The notes under the pieces were generated by a model. The model searched no databases. It worked only from the letters and a program-made list of their open reading frames with translations, and was not told the DNA's origin. This document shows, in pieces, positions 23,443-35,200 of a stretch of DNA of 64,000 nt (positions within the stretch are counted from its first letter, which is position 1; the number at the start of each line of letters is the position of its first letter). The stretch covers positions 2,418,001 to 2,482,000 of the forward strand of contig OX337236.1 of assembly GCA_946965045.2 (NCBI GenBank), read 5' to 3'. The stretch is from Epithemia pelagica (Eukaryota > Protista > Bacillariophyta). Position numbers and translations under genes: made by a program.

Positions 23443-23712
23443 TGCCTCCTCTAGCCGTGTGCCCATTACACGCCAAAATGGGCCGTTGGGCACATATTTT
23501 CAACTAGATAGAACATGATCAATATTAGGCCTACGGCAACATGTGGATGCCCAAACTTTTTCTTCAAGACATCCTCTGTCACCATTGGATACCACATGAC
23601 ACCCATATATGACATATCTAGGTCATAGGAGCATCTCCATTGGGGGGTTGTGCTCGATTTTTGACATGTGGGCACATGTGGGCACATGTGGGGACATAGT
23701 GGGCACATTGCT
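23443..23712 (+). repeat. Left terminal/subterminal inverted repeat of the piggyBac-like element
   Basis: Blocks GTGTGCCCATTAC, CGTTGGGCACA, TAGATAGAAC, GATCAATATTAG, CATCCTCTGTCACCATT and GTCATAGGAGC recur inverted at the right end; several TGGGCACA motifs. Confidence 0.85.
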
Positions 23713-24143
23713 TCGGCAGGTCCTATGACAGTCCTATGACGATGATAGGACGTCGTGATGTTACCTGCATCCAAAGCAGTACTTTCGCGCCATTTTTTGT
23801 GCCATGGTCGGCTTTCTCAACGTGTCCCGGACTCCTCTGGACCCGCGCTGATTCGGAACCAATCGGAACTCCATGGGGGACCAGGGGGGAATTTTTGTAG
23901 AAAAGATTGTGACGATCAACTGACGACAGACGACCACACAATGGCAAGTTACATGTTTTTCCCTCCATTTGAACAGTCCCCATCGGGATTATTCATCATG
24001 AAGAGCATGTGCTCATGAGATCGAACCTTTTGGTAATGAGGATCATTACCAAAAGTGTCAATTTCTTGAGCACAAGGACAACGAGGTGCAGGTGACGACG
24101 ACGACAACAACAACAACAACAAGCACGAGGACACTGAAAGAAA

Positions 24144-27100
24144 ATGCCAGCAGGTGTTGGAACAACAGGTCGGTTGGGTCCTGGGTCCAGGGCATTTCTC
24201 AGAGGCAGCAAGGAACCTGTGATAATTGTCCGAGCCCTTGCGAACAAGTCATGGGAAGTTGAGCGGCTTGACAAGAGGGATGGCAGTAGAACAGGTGAGC
24301 TGATGAACAAGACCTCTTATCAGCTGAAGAAGATACAACAAGGCGATAGCTTTCCTGGGGAATACCGAGTGCAGCAGACAGTGGCAAGAACAACTGCAAC
24401 AACAGCACCAACATCAACAGCAACTACCACCACTGCTGCTTCCAACCAACAGCAACGGCAAGAACAACAGCAAGAAGGCTCGTCAAATGAGGAGGAGGCT
24501 TTGGTTGTTGTTAACAGCTTTGCATCATCTGGTGCAGCCAACAACGAGGGTCCTCAACAAGAAGGAGGGGAGAATCAGACAGGTATTGAAGTTCTTGTTG
24601 CTCGTCAGGGTGGTAGTCAGCAGCAGCAGCGGAATGAGAACCACAACCAGCAACATCAAAGAACACAACAACAAGAACACATTGCCATGACGGCCGAGAA
24701 TACAAGAGATGATGACAAGGGATTTGAAGTTGTGGCATTGAGCAACCGTGAACAGGCTCAGGATGAAGATGAGCAGAACAACAACAACAACAACGGGCAG
24801 GACAGTGCAATGGCAGGCCCGAGCGCCGAACAACGAGAACACACGACACACACAAACAACACTTCGAGCAACACCAGGAGTGAACCCACCCAAGTCATGG
24901 ATGGGGATGCAGGTGGTGACGGTCAGCGTGGTGGTGATACCGTCCCTGTCGTTCGTACTCGTGAGGACGCGCACAACGTGGTCGAGACAATTCTCAATGA
25001 CGACGACGACCGGAGTTGGATTTCCGACGTTGGAATTGCTGGTCCACCAGCAGTGGAGCAGCAGGAACGTGAAGTCGCGAGGAATGACCAGAACCTTTCT
25101 GGTCGCACTTTCCAACACACAACAGATGAGGATAATGCATCAGCCGTGTCGTTGGATGACTACTTCAACGACTTGGAGGACTATCTGTTTTTGTTTTCGG
25201 ACGACGAGGATGCCATTGATCCTAACAGTTTGGCACTCGCACACGAAATTGAGAGCAGGGAGGAGCACAGGAACAGGTATACAAACTATATAAACAGAAA
25301 GAAACAACTGATAGAAGAAAACTGGACAGTGACCCTCGAGCCACCCAGCGAAAATGGTATTGATATTGGCGACAGAGTCCGGGAGAACAAAAGGAACAAT
25401 CCACGTTTCGGAATTGTGGTTGAAAAGCATCCGGATAGTATCCCTGGCACTCCTTTGTGGAATGTGCTCTTCGACGGAGACGAGGAAGAGACACTAGCGC
25501 TTACAGGCCGGAATGACCTGCGCAAGATTTATGACAATCGGAGTTTCACTTGGCAAATTGTTGATGGCGATACAGTACCCGACAACCTTGTTGAAGAATT
25601 CGAGAGTGTTGGTGTTGTTGGCTTTGACTTTCGCCAGTCATTTGCTCACAGCAACTTGTCTACAACAAACCAACGCTATGACTTTCCATTCCTGCGTCTG
25701 CTGATCCACATGTGGCCAGGTAAGTCGTTGATTGTCGAGTTTCCTGTTGGTGTCACAGTGAAAAGGGTCTCAGTATTAATGGCGTGTTTGTCTTACAGGG
25801 AGTTGGCGAGAGCAGCTGCATAGGTTGAATGAAGCAATCAACGAACGCAATCAGGGCAGAGTCCGAAGCCGCCATATCCGTTGCGTCACAGAGCATGAGT
25901 GGTGGGCATGGTGGGGCATTCTTATCGGAGCGGCACCCTGCCACAAAGGTGGTATTCGGCTCTTCGATGATACGTCGTCAACTTCACATCGTCAGTTTTC
26001 TCCGAAAGTGAATGCCAGCAAAGGTGGCATGGATCTCATGTCGAAGACTCGGTTCTTCGACATCAAGGAGATTCTTCCCTGTGCCTTTGAAGGGGACAAC
26101 CACGGTGCGAAATGGAACCAGATCAAACCGCTGGTTGACGGTTTCAACAGCAACCGTCGGAAAACAGTTGCCGCCTCATCAACAATTACGTTGGATGAGG
26201 CAATGTGCGCGTTCCAACCACGGACAACGAAGACATCAGCACTCCCCCATTTGTCTTACGTCCAACGCAAACCCAAACCATTGGGGACGGAGTTCAAGGT
26301 AATGTTTGCTTTTCCGAACTGACTGCCTTTGCAGGTGACCAACTCATCCGTTTGATTGTCGTTTGTTTTGTTCAAAAAGGTTTCTGGTGACACAGCAACA
26401 GGTTGTCTTCTCTTCCTTGAGATACAGGAAGGGAAGATCCCAATGCGGCGCAAGAAGTTTATGGCAGATGGAGGCATGACGGTAGGAACGTCGCTTCGAT
26501 TGGTGGAAGGCTCGGAATATTCTGGCCAGTCAGTGCTTGAGCGTATTGAAGCTCAGAGCCAAGGAAGCACAAGGCCCCTTGTATGTGCAGATTCTTGGTT
26601 TGGCAGCGTCAAGCTTGTCGAAGCCATGAAGTGCATGTACCGTGAACCACGAGAGCCGACAGCTCGTGATCGTCGGACCTACACTCTGTGTGTAGACAAA
26701 GTGCGGGGGAACAACCAGGATGCGCCCGAAGTCATTTGTTCCATCAAAACCAACAATGGCTTGTTCCCCCAAGAAGAATTGAAAAAGGAGATGGAACCCT
26801 TTCCATCGGGATCGTATCTTGTGATGGAGAGCGTGGCACCAGGTACCAACGTCAACCTGGTTGCCATCGCATACAAATACAATTCACGCAAGACTCTCTT
26901 TTTCGCCATGTCAAGAGATGCGGAGACTACGGAGCCTGGCCTCCCCTACGTGGCCAGGTTCGCTGATGAACATGGCAACGTCAGAGAGCGCCGCGTCCTA
27001 CGGCCGAAATGTTTGTCTGTCTATTTTGGAGCGGCCAATCTCATTGATGTCCACAATCACCTTCGACAGGGTGTGTTGCGGCTTGAAATGCTGTGGAAAA

Positions 27101-27891
27101 CGCCAAACCCATGGTTTAGGCTTATCACCACGATAATCGGTATCACGGTGGTTGATTGTTTTTTGGCGACCAAGTACCATTTGGGTGGCAGGCAGTCTCC
27201 AGTCTCGTCGGGAGTGGAGTATTTTGCAGATTGTTTGGCATGGGATCTTTCCCACAACCAGTTAAACAACAACCTTGACCGTCGAGGTCAGGCCCGCCCC
27301 AATATTGCTTCAAATGTCGTTGAAGCTGAGGATGGTACTGCTGGACTTCAGCAAAGGTCGCTGACAGAACAGGCCACACAATTCGCAAAGCAGATGCTGG
27401 AGGAGGCGTTTATGGCTCAGTTTGGGGCCTCAACTGCTAGTGCTCCTGGCTTGAGCCGATGTCCTCCGATTTCAGTTGTTGATTTACAATCCACACAGCA
27501 CCCCATCGTTTCCCCAACGGAGTCATTGACGGTTCAGGATGATGATGCCACGGCGTGTATTCCTTGCGACTCTGGAGTTCCACCATCTGGAGTCTTTTCT
27601 CACAAGCCCATCCCAAATCCCGAACGAGTCCAGGATGCGGATGGCAAGATACGTCCAAGCGCACGTCGATGCGTCATCTGTCGCATGAAGACGAGAGCAC
27701 TTTGCGGACATCCTGCTTGTCTTGCAAAAACGAAGACCCGCAAGGTACCGGGAACGGACGAGACCAAGACCCTCAAAGGTATTGGACTATGCAACGATAA
27801 CAAGATTCGTTCTGGGATGACCCGCACCTGTGTTGAAGAGCACAGATTCCAAATGGAGATCCTCCGAATGCAACAACAGAACACAGCTTGA
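24144..27891 (+). CDS. piggyBac-family (DDE_Tnp_1_7-like) transposase, 3 exons (24144-25719, 25799-26298, 26380-27891), about 1195 aa
   Basis: Spliced frame is continuous: MWP|GSWREQL...EWWAWWGILI...TLDEAM...RKPKPLGTEFK|VSGD...LEIQEGK...CADSWFGSV...IDVHNHLRQG. C-terminal Cys-rich domain CVIC...CGHPAC...GLC...TCVEEH. Both introns are GT-AG. Confidence 0.85.
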
Positions 27892-28015
27892 TTTCACGAC
27901 GATTGCTCTATGATTTAGTATGAAAATGAAAATACACAATACATGATTAGGTAAGACCAATACATAGTTCTATTTGAAGTTACATCCATACAGTTCGAAC
28001 TAGTGCACGTATATC

Positions 28016-28603
28016 CTACATAGGAGTAGTCAGTTTCTTGATCGCAATATTGGCAGTCTTGTCATCGTCTTTTCCCTCAACAGAGTTGCATACTAGCTTC
28101 TCGTTGAGAAGTTTCAGAAACGTCGTGGCTCCAACGACACTCATCTTAACCGTGACAACCATGGGCTCCATTGTCATCACGGTGTTAAGTGAGTGTGTCG
28201 TGGCAATCACGATCTTGCTCTTGACAACTTTGCCACTACTTGACTGAAGAATCGTCGTATCAAGTTGATTGTTGATATATTGCAGTGGGATGACGAGCTC
28301 TGGGACAGAATCATCCTTTTTGGTGCGGTCAAAGAAGCGAATTGAGACTGCATTCGTGTTGACTCGAGACAAATAAGTTCGCTGCAACAGCAACACACCA
28401 CGATCAACAATCAACCGACCATCAGCAGAACATTCTCCGGCACTCTTCAGGTACACATTCACCCCCGCTTCTCCAAACACTGTCACTGTTTCCCCCTTTG
28501 TTTCAAGCGACTGACCACCATCACAAACCACTGTGAACCCATTGACGAGTTTCATCGTCTCAAACCTCTTGCTTCCTTTCGTTGAATTCATCTTTCTGGA
28601 CAA
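28016..28603 (-). CDS. Hypothetical cargo protein (195 aa, beta-rich, possibly PH-like)
   Basis: Intact ATG-stop ORF convergent with the transposase; alternating hydrophobic strand pattern; fold guess is weak. Confidence 0.45.
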   Translation of the reverse strand: MSRKMNSTKGSKRFETMKLVNGFTVVCDGGQSLETKGETVTVFGEAGVNVYLKSAGECSADGRLIVDRGVLLLQRTYLSRVNTNAVSIRFFDRTKKDDSVPELVIPLQYINNQLDTTILQSSSGKVVKSKIVIATTHSLNTVMTMEPMVVTVKMSVVGATTFLKLLNEKLVCNSVEGKDDDKTANIAIKKLTTPM

Positions 28604-28705
28604 AGTGATGCAACAAGTGTGAGTGCTTGTTGGGGAGACAGTTCTAACAGCATTGTTTACTTACTTGCCGTCGTGCCGTCTTTCCACCAAAGAACTACTG
28701 TGTCT

Positions 28706-28982
28706 GTCGATCGGTGCAGCACTACTCCAGAACTTGTTGTTCTTGTTTGCTTTAGTTCTAGTATGTGTGTTCGTTTTGAGATTTGTGAGTGCGGGCATGG
28801 ACGAGTTTTTCGCGCCTCATGGCGCACTTCTTAATTAAGGAAAATTTGTTGGCTGGCGTGACATTTGGTCCGTTCGGAACCTATTCCAACCGACACGACA
28901 CACATCGGCCTCATATTTTCCGTGGATCTCCTGTTACAGGAACAACAACACCACAAAAGAGAAGAAGACCACCATGTCGACA
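28706..28982 (+). repeat. Duplicated promoter/ATG cassette, copy 1 (copy 2 at 30697-30950)
   Basis: GTCGAT.GGTGCAGCACTACTCCAGAAC...TGGCGCACTTCTTAATTAAGGAAAATTTG...GTGGATCTCCTGTTACA...ACCACCATGTCGACAA occurs twice, each time ending at the ATG of a + strand ORF. Confidence 0.85.
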
Positions 28983-29534
28983 AGCCCCAATATTGCTTCC
29001 AATGTCGTCGACGCTGAGTCGCCTACAGAACAGGCCATGCGATACGCGAAGAAGATGCCGGAGGAGGCTGTTATGGCTCAGTTCGGGGCCTCAACTGCTG
29101 GTGCTGGCTCGAGCAGATGCCCTCCGATTTCAGTTGTTGATTCGCTCCCCAGTGTTTCCCCAGCAGAGTCATTGACAGTTCAGGATGATGGTACTGTGTC
29201 GTGTCTTCTTTGCCACTCTGGAGATCCACCAGCTGGATTCTTGTCTCACTTGTCTCACAGGCCCATGCCAAATCCCGAACAAGTCCAGGATGCGGATGGC
29301 AACGAACAACCAAGCACAAGTCGATGCGTCATCTGTTTTATGAAGACGAGAGCAATTTGCGCACATCCTGTTTGTCTTGCTAAAACGAAGACCCGCAAGG
29401 TACCGGGAACGGACGAGATCATCAAGACCATCAAAGGTATTGGACTATGCAACGGTAACAGGATTCGTCCTGGGATGACCCGCACCTGTGTTGAAGAGCA
29501 CAGATTCCGAATGCAACAACAGAACACAGCTTGA
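28974..29534 (+). CDS. Stand-alone paralogue of the transposase C-terminal Cys-rich domain (186 aa)
   Basis: Diverged copy of 27297-27891 with the domain Cys/His retained and only frame-preserving indels; downstream about 110 bp (29534-29644) identical to the transposase 3' flank. Confidence 0.75.
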   Translation: MSTSPNIASNVVDAESPTEQAMRYAKKMPEEAVMAQFGASTAGAGSSRCPPISVVDSLPSVSPAESLTVQDDGTVSCLLCHSGDPPAGFLSHLSHRPMPNPEQVQDADGNEQPSTSRCVICFMKTRAICAHPVCLAKTKTRKVPGTDEIIKTIKGIGLCNGNRIRPGMTRTCVEEHRFRMQQQNTA

Positions 29535-30267
29535 TTTCACGACGATTGCTCTATGATTTAGTATGAAAATGAAAATACACAATACATGATTAGGTAAGAC
29601 CAATACATAGTTCTATTTGAAGTTACATCCATACAGTTCGAACTACAAGTATATCTACATAGTCAATTTCTTGATTGTCATATTGAAATTGACATAGGCA
29701 AAAAGGTGGCCCACCAAAGTAATACCAAGAGTGTCGCCAAGTCAAACGATCAAGGGGTCGTCCAGCAAGTTCCGTCCTATTCCACCACACGGGCATGAAT
29801 GAAGACGAACGCAATATACTCTTTGAAAAATTCTCGATGTGTTGGCGCAAAAATATTTTCAAGAAAATCAGGATACCAAGCAAATGATATTGGCTGCCGA
29901 ATTGGCGCTTGTCTCCTCCTCCAACAAGGCACCACAACCACAACAACAAGCACCACAACCGACACAACGACGTCCAAGTCACCAAGAAGCACCACAGCCG
30001 CAACAACGACCACGACAACATCAACGACAAGAGTCGTTTGATGACACCACAGCCGTCTTGTCTGCGGCAAAAAGTGCCACAGAAACCCATCAAGAACAAG
30101 GCGATTCCGGCAACCAAGAATGGCAAGAGTCATTCGGTCATGAGCAGCAACCACATCGACGACTCCAAAAAGCCAGCCAGCACCAAACCAGTTCTGGAGG
30201 AACCGGTTCCGATTGCCACGGGTGAATTGCTCCACTCGGGCGGTAGTCGTAGTCTCTTGTCGGTTTG

Positions 30268-30590
30268 TTCCTCCTCGTCTTCGTGATCGATCCACCCCAG
30301 ACTTTTCAAAACCGCTTTGTTCCATCCACTCCAATTGCGGTGTCGTTCCGTCTCCGTCATGCGGGGCAGGTAGCTTTGGGACACGGCCCACAAGGTTTTT
30401 ATTTCATCGACACTGTCCCAAACTCGCGTGGCCAATCCGGCACAAAAGGCGACACCAAGCGACGTGGTTTCCTTGATTTTGGGTTTGACCACGGAAATAT
30501 TGAGCATGTCGGCTTGAAATTGCATTATGAGATTGTTGGCCGTACCACCGCCATCATTCGCAATGAAGGCGAAGAAGAAGAATCCACCTT
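30268..30590 (-). pseudogene. GK: Captured C-terminal fragment of glycerol kinase (FGGY_C)
   Basis: SLRM(D)GGGTANNLIMQFQADMLNISVVKPKIKETTSLGVAFCAGLATRVWDSVDEIKTLW...RHRNWSGWNKAVLKSLGW; a 1-nt deletion breaks the DGG motif; N-terminal domains are absent. Confidence 0.82.
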
Positions 30591-30696
30591 GGTGGGAACC
30601 AGTTACTATTCGTCCGCGGCCACACCCAAAGGTTTGTGGCCAGGATGGGCCAAAGTCCTCTTGGCCTGTACGGCACCCACGACGGGACGTGGGGCG

Positions 30697-30950
30697 GTCG
30701 ATGGGTGCAGCACTACTCCAGAACTTGTTGTTCTTGTTTGCGTTAGTTCTAGTATGTGTGTTCGTTTTGAGATTTGTGAGTGCGGGCATCGCGCCTCATG
30801 GCGCACTTCTTAATTAAGGAAAATTTGTTGGCTGGCGTGACATTTGGTCCGTTCGGAACCTATTCCAACCGACACGACCCACATCTGCCTCATATTTTCC
30901 GTGGATCTCCTGTTACACCACCGCGAAAGAGAATACCACCATGTCGACAA
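30697..30950 (+). repeat. Duplicated promoter/ATG cassette, copy 2
   Basis: Near-identical to 28706-28982, with short indels. Confidence 0.85.
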
Positions 30951-31555
30951 CTATCAACGGCCGTCGTACAAGTTTGCGCTATCAAGCGCGCATCAAAGCA
31001 GCCTCAGGAGCTGATGCAGCTTCGCAGTGCACAAGCTCCATTCTTGCTCCTTCTGTTTCCGTTTCCAACCAACCCGCGTCCCGGTTGTCGCATCGCAAAA
31101 AGACGACGAAAACTAAGAAGGCAGTGGCAACCAAGAAAAAGAACATGAAGGCAAAGGAGAAGGTGACGATGGACGTTTCAGATTTCAAGGATATGGAAGC
31201 CAAGACGGTGCATGCCAAGATTGTCCCCAAAAAGAATCATGTTGCTGTTTTGTATCCAGCACCCGAGAAGAAGTTGTCCTCATCTCCGTCCCCCCCTTGC
31301 TTTGACTTGATGATGACGATGCGCTTCAAGAACATTGAGACATCATGCAACAATCAGCAATGTTCCGATACTGTGAGGAAGTCCGTGGAAATGCCAAGCA
31401 ACTTTGATGACGACAATAATGAAAATGATTCATCCAATGAAAACTTGTCCAGCAAATTTGGAAAGCGCAATTCGTCAATTGGTGTCGATAGCAACCTGTC
31501 CTTTGAGTTCTCTGAGACTCAGGAGCCAAGTGTTGCCTACAAGTTCGAATACTAG
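30941..31555 (+). CDS. Hypothetical basic/low-complexity cargo protein (204 aa)
   Basis: Intact ORF with ACCATG context and a Lys-rich stretch (RKKTTKTKK...KKKNMKAKEK); no family recognised. Confidence 0.45.
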   Translation: MSTTINGRRTSLRYQARIKAASGADAASQCTSSILAPSVSVSNQPASRLSHRKKTTKTKKAVATKKKNMKAKEKVTMDVSDFKDMEAKTVHAKIVPKKNHVAVLYPAPEKKLSSSPSPPCFDLMMTMRFKNIETSCNNQQCSDTVRKSVEMPSNFDDDNNENDSSNENLSSKFGKRNSSIGVDSNLSFEFSETQEPSVAYKFEY

Positions 31556-31589
31556 GACGTAGTAAGTCTAAAAGCCGAGCTTTACATGA

Positions 31590-31844
31590 CTTTCTATAAT
31601 GTGCCCATAATGTGCCCACACACGTTGCACACACCACAAGCTTCTAGTAGAGGCGCTCCTATGACCCCCATATGTCCTATGTAGGCCAAATGGGGCATCA
31701 AATGGTGACAGAGGATGCCTTAAAGATTGGTAAGATGCATCAGATCATTGTCGTAGGGCTAATATTGATCGAGTTCTATCTACCTAAAATGTTGTGCCCA
31801 ACGGGACATTTTCGCACGTAATGGGCACACCCGGAGGTAAGGCA
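31590..31844 (-). repeat. Right terminal/subterminal inverted repeat of the piggyBac-like element
   Basis: Reverse complement aligns in blocks with 23443-23712; repeated TGTGCCCA motifs. Confidence 0.85.
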
Positions 31845-32208
31845 CTAGTGTGTGGTTACGTTTTGCCTCAATTTTAAACAGGTTATGAGCAAAACAATTT
31901 GGTAAATTTCAAAACCCATCATCGTCTTTTTGTCGTCATTTTGCCGACTTAATCCAACCCACAATAGTTTTTCAAGACGTTGTAACGACGATTTCATCTC
32001 CCGACTCCCGAACGATATAGATTGATCCATTATAGGGTTGTGAAAGACGCAAGTCATTGATTAGTGAGGTTCCAGCGGAAAATACAATTGGAGTTTGAAA
32101 TATCATTATAGATCGGTTCACAGGACGGTCGTCTGGTCGCAAAGCTTACCTGCAGCGAGACAGACCGAGAAAACGGAACAGTGCTTCTTTGAATGAGATT
32201 TTTCGATC

Positions 32209-35200
32209 ATGCCCAGCAAGAATTCGAAAAAGAAAAAGGCCGGTGGGAAACGCGATGCGCGAGGTTATGGCCAACCATCCAATCAAACCAAACAGCCGAC
32301 GCCATCAAATTCCAGCGCTCCTGTTGCTCCGGTTGATGTGACGCAAGCGGAGACAGCAACTGAAAACTCACTAGGTCTTGGTGCAGCAGCAGACAAGCAA
32401 GAAGATGCTGGAATGAGCACAGAAGGAGAACAGTTGTCATTGGTGCCCTCTTCTGTCTCTTCCGAACCTGTGCGTCCTTCCCATGCCAAGAAACAGTTTG
32501 AATCCAAATTTCGAACCGTGATAGATGCCTTACAGGATGACTTGAAATTTACGCCTGCGCAAGTACGACAAGTCGTTTTGGCTTTGCAGTATGATCTCCA
32601 TTCGCTTGATAATGCCTTGGATTGGTTGTGTTTGCGATATTCAGGAATAAGAATGCTCTCACCAGAGAGACAAAGCGAACTTGCGACTGACGTGAGTAAG
32701 AATAAGGAGGGAGAACAGGATGATTCTCCCCTACCCCTGAGATTTCATGATGAGCGTACTGCTCGTCTTTTGCAATACTGGCAACCAAAGGATCACCAGA
32801 ATCTAGCGGCGGAAACGCCTTCCTTGACAGTTCTTTCATTTCCTGTATCCAAGCCTTTGTCTGGGGATCCTTCATTTGAAAGTGGTCAAGCCGCACCACA
32901 GCCTCAATCACCTCTGGTAGTGGCCCCTCATGATGGAAGCAAGAGTCCTGTCGCAACGTCTAGCCACAAGGTGGAGGTGGAGACCAGCACTCCACCGGTA
33001 ATAACGGAGGGTGAAGTGTCTCCGACGAGCTACGAAGAAAACTCTCGCAGTAAGCAAGAAAGCACTGCAAGACTAGAAAATAAGGAATGGATATTACAGC
33101 AATATCAGGACAATGAGCAGGAGCCGTTGACATCAGGGAATCACCTTCAACGATTATCAAAAGATATTCAGACTCTGGGCCAACTGTCAGCTCCACAGCC
33201 ATCTACATCTGAGGTGGCAGGGAGTGCTGAAGACACGGGAACTGCAGACAAGGTAATGAACAGCGTTGGAACAGCACCGATCGAGGCCAAGAGTCGCGAC
33301 GGCGATGATAACATGGACGACCCGATCAAACAACAATTGCTCCAGATTCAAATTGCCGAGCGTGAATTGGCACTCCTGGAAGCAGATGTCTCCAACGAGG
33401 CCAACAATTACATGCGAAGCAAGCAAGAGCTCCAACAATTGAAACAAACTATCAAGGAACGTCGAAAGCATGTTCAAGGTTTGAAACGACGATACGACAA
33501 AATGCAAAGGCAAGAAGAGAAAGAGGTGCCTCCAAGTCATCCATCTGCAAAAAGTACGGACGAAACGAACAACAAGACGAACGAGGAATGGGATGACGAG
33601 AAAAATGTTGGCAACGATGATGGTGATGACGATGAACCTGCTTTGTTTGGTGATGGAATGTTTGATGAACCTGAGGACTCCCAAGGCAACACAAACAATC
33701 CGGTCGTATCCGACACTCCTGCACCGAATACCGCCAATACAACAACTAATGGTTTGTTGCAATGTTCCATTCCTTCCCAGTGGACTGGTATGACACCTCA
33801 AAAGTTCTTGGAAGAAAAATTTCGCAAAGAAAAATGGCAGCCGCCCAAATACACTCAACTGAAACAACCTCGTCGGGGATATCAACTTGGAATTACCTAC
33901 AAGAGCAACAACACGCCTGTTACAAAATCGTGGCAAGCGTATGAAGCAGATTTTGTTTTGGATTCAATCCATTCCCGTGGTGGTAATAAGAAGAAGACAG
34001 GGAACAATCCAGTCAGGGAGTACCTATCGTTGAAAGCTTTGTACTATATGGATCCCAAACCGCAGCTTAATCGTCTTTTTCCTCCAGACATGGCTCAAAT
34101 ATGGTTGACTTGGCAACAAGAGGTTACCGACGCACGTTCAGAACGAGAAAAAGCTGTGGAAGTAGCCAAACAAGAACGGGTTGATCACCTGCTCTCACTG
34201 CTCGACCAGTCCATGAATGTGGATCATGATAACAAGTCCACGCAGCAATCATCCAATAGGATAAGGCACGACGCTAAAACGAATCTTCAAGAGGATATTG
34301 CACCTACCAACACTCCAACTTGGGAAGATGACAATGATTCAGGGTCTCCCTCCGTTATAAAGTCGGATTATCTTTCCCCTTCTTCGCAGGGAAAACAGTT
34401 GCAACAAGCGTTTGCACGCCGTCAAGCATCATCGGACTATCAACAAATGCTCACACAACGTATGAGCTTACCCATGTGGTCGTTTCGTGACCAGGTCTTG
34501 GACACGATTCGAAATCATTCTGTGACGATTGTCTGCGCCGAAACTGGTGCAGGGAAGACGACGCAATGTCCTCAATATGTATTAGAAGAAGCATTTAGTC
34601 AAGGGTACGGAGATGTAACAAAAGTCCTTGTGACACAGCCACGTCGCGTTGCTGCCACCTCGGTAGCAGAACGCGTGGCAGAAGAGCTGTGTGAGGAAGA
34701 GAAGCGAGAAAGTGGAGCTCAATCGGGACAAGTTGGACATTGGGTGGGATATCAGATCCGAATGGAAGCCAAGCTACATCCCGTTCATACTCGCGTACTC
34801 TTTTGTACGACAGGGATTGTGCTGAGGCGATTGCAAGATGATCCATCCTTGAAAGGTATTTCACATGTAATGGTAGATGAGGTTCACGAACGACAGCAAC
34901 AAACAGATGTCCTTTTGATTGCCTTGCGTCAACTGTTGGCAACAACAAGACCAGACCTAAAGATAATTTTGGTAAGCTGAACGACTCAGAAAAGGTTGCT
35001 TGCATTTGAGGAGTATATTTCTGATTTTTTTGCTTCTCTTGTAACCGTTCACGGATGCAAGATGTCGGCCACATTGGATTCCGAACTATTTTGTTCCTTT
35101 TTCGAAGGAGCGCCATTAATCAGCATACCTGGACGGACATTTCCGGTTGCCAGTTACCATTTGGAAGATTTGATTGATGCGACCGACCACATGATTGAAG

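Larger units (their letters stand above)
23443..31844 (+). mobile_element. Large piggyBac-like DNA transposon (8402 bp) with CTAG target duplication and internal cargo
   Basis: CTAG|TGCC... at 23439-23446 and ...GGCA|CTAG at 31841-31848; long imperfect inverted ends; internal PGBD-type transposase. Confidence 0.88.

Noticed and set aside
25720-26379. Frameshifts inactivating the piggyBac transposase
   Set aside because: Both frame changes coincide with canonical GT-AG introns (79 and 81 bp) whose removal restores conserved motifs.
29623-30391. Hydrophobic minus-strand ORFs inside the piggyBac-like element
   Set aside because: Mostly the antisense reading of ACA/CAA-rich low-complexity sequence; only the glycerol kinase portion is supportable.
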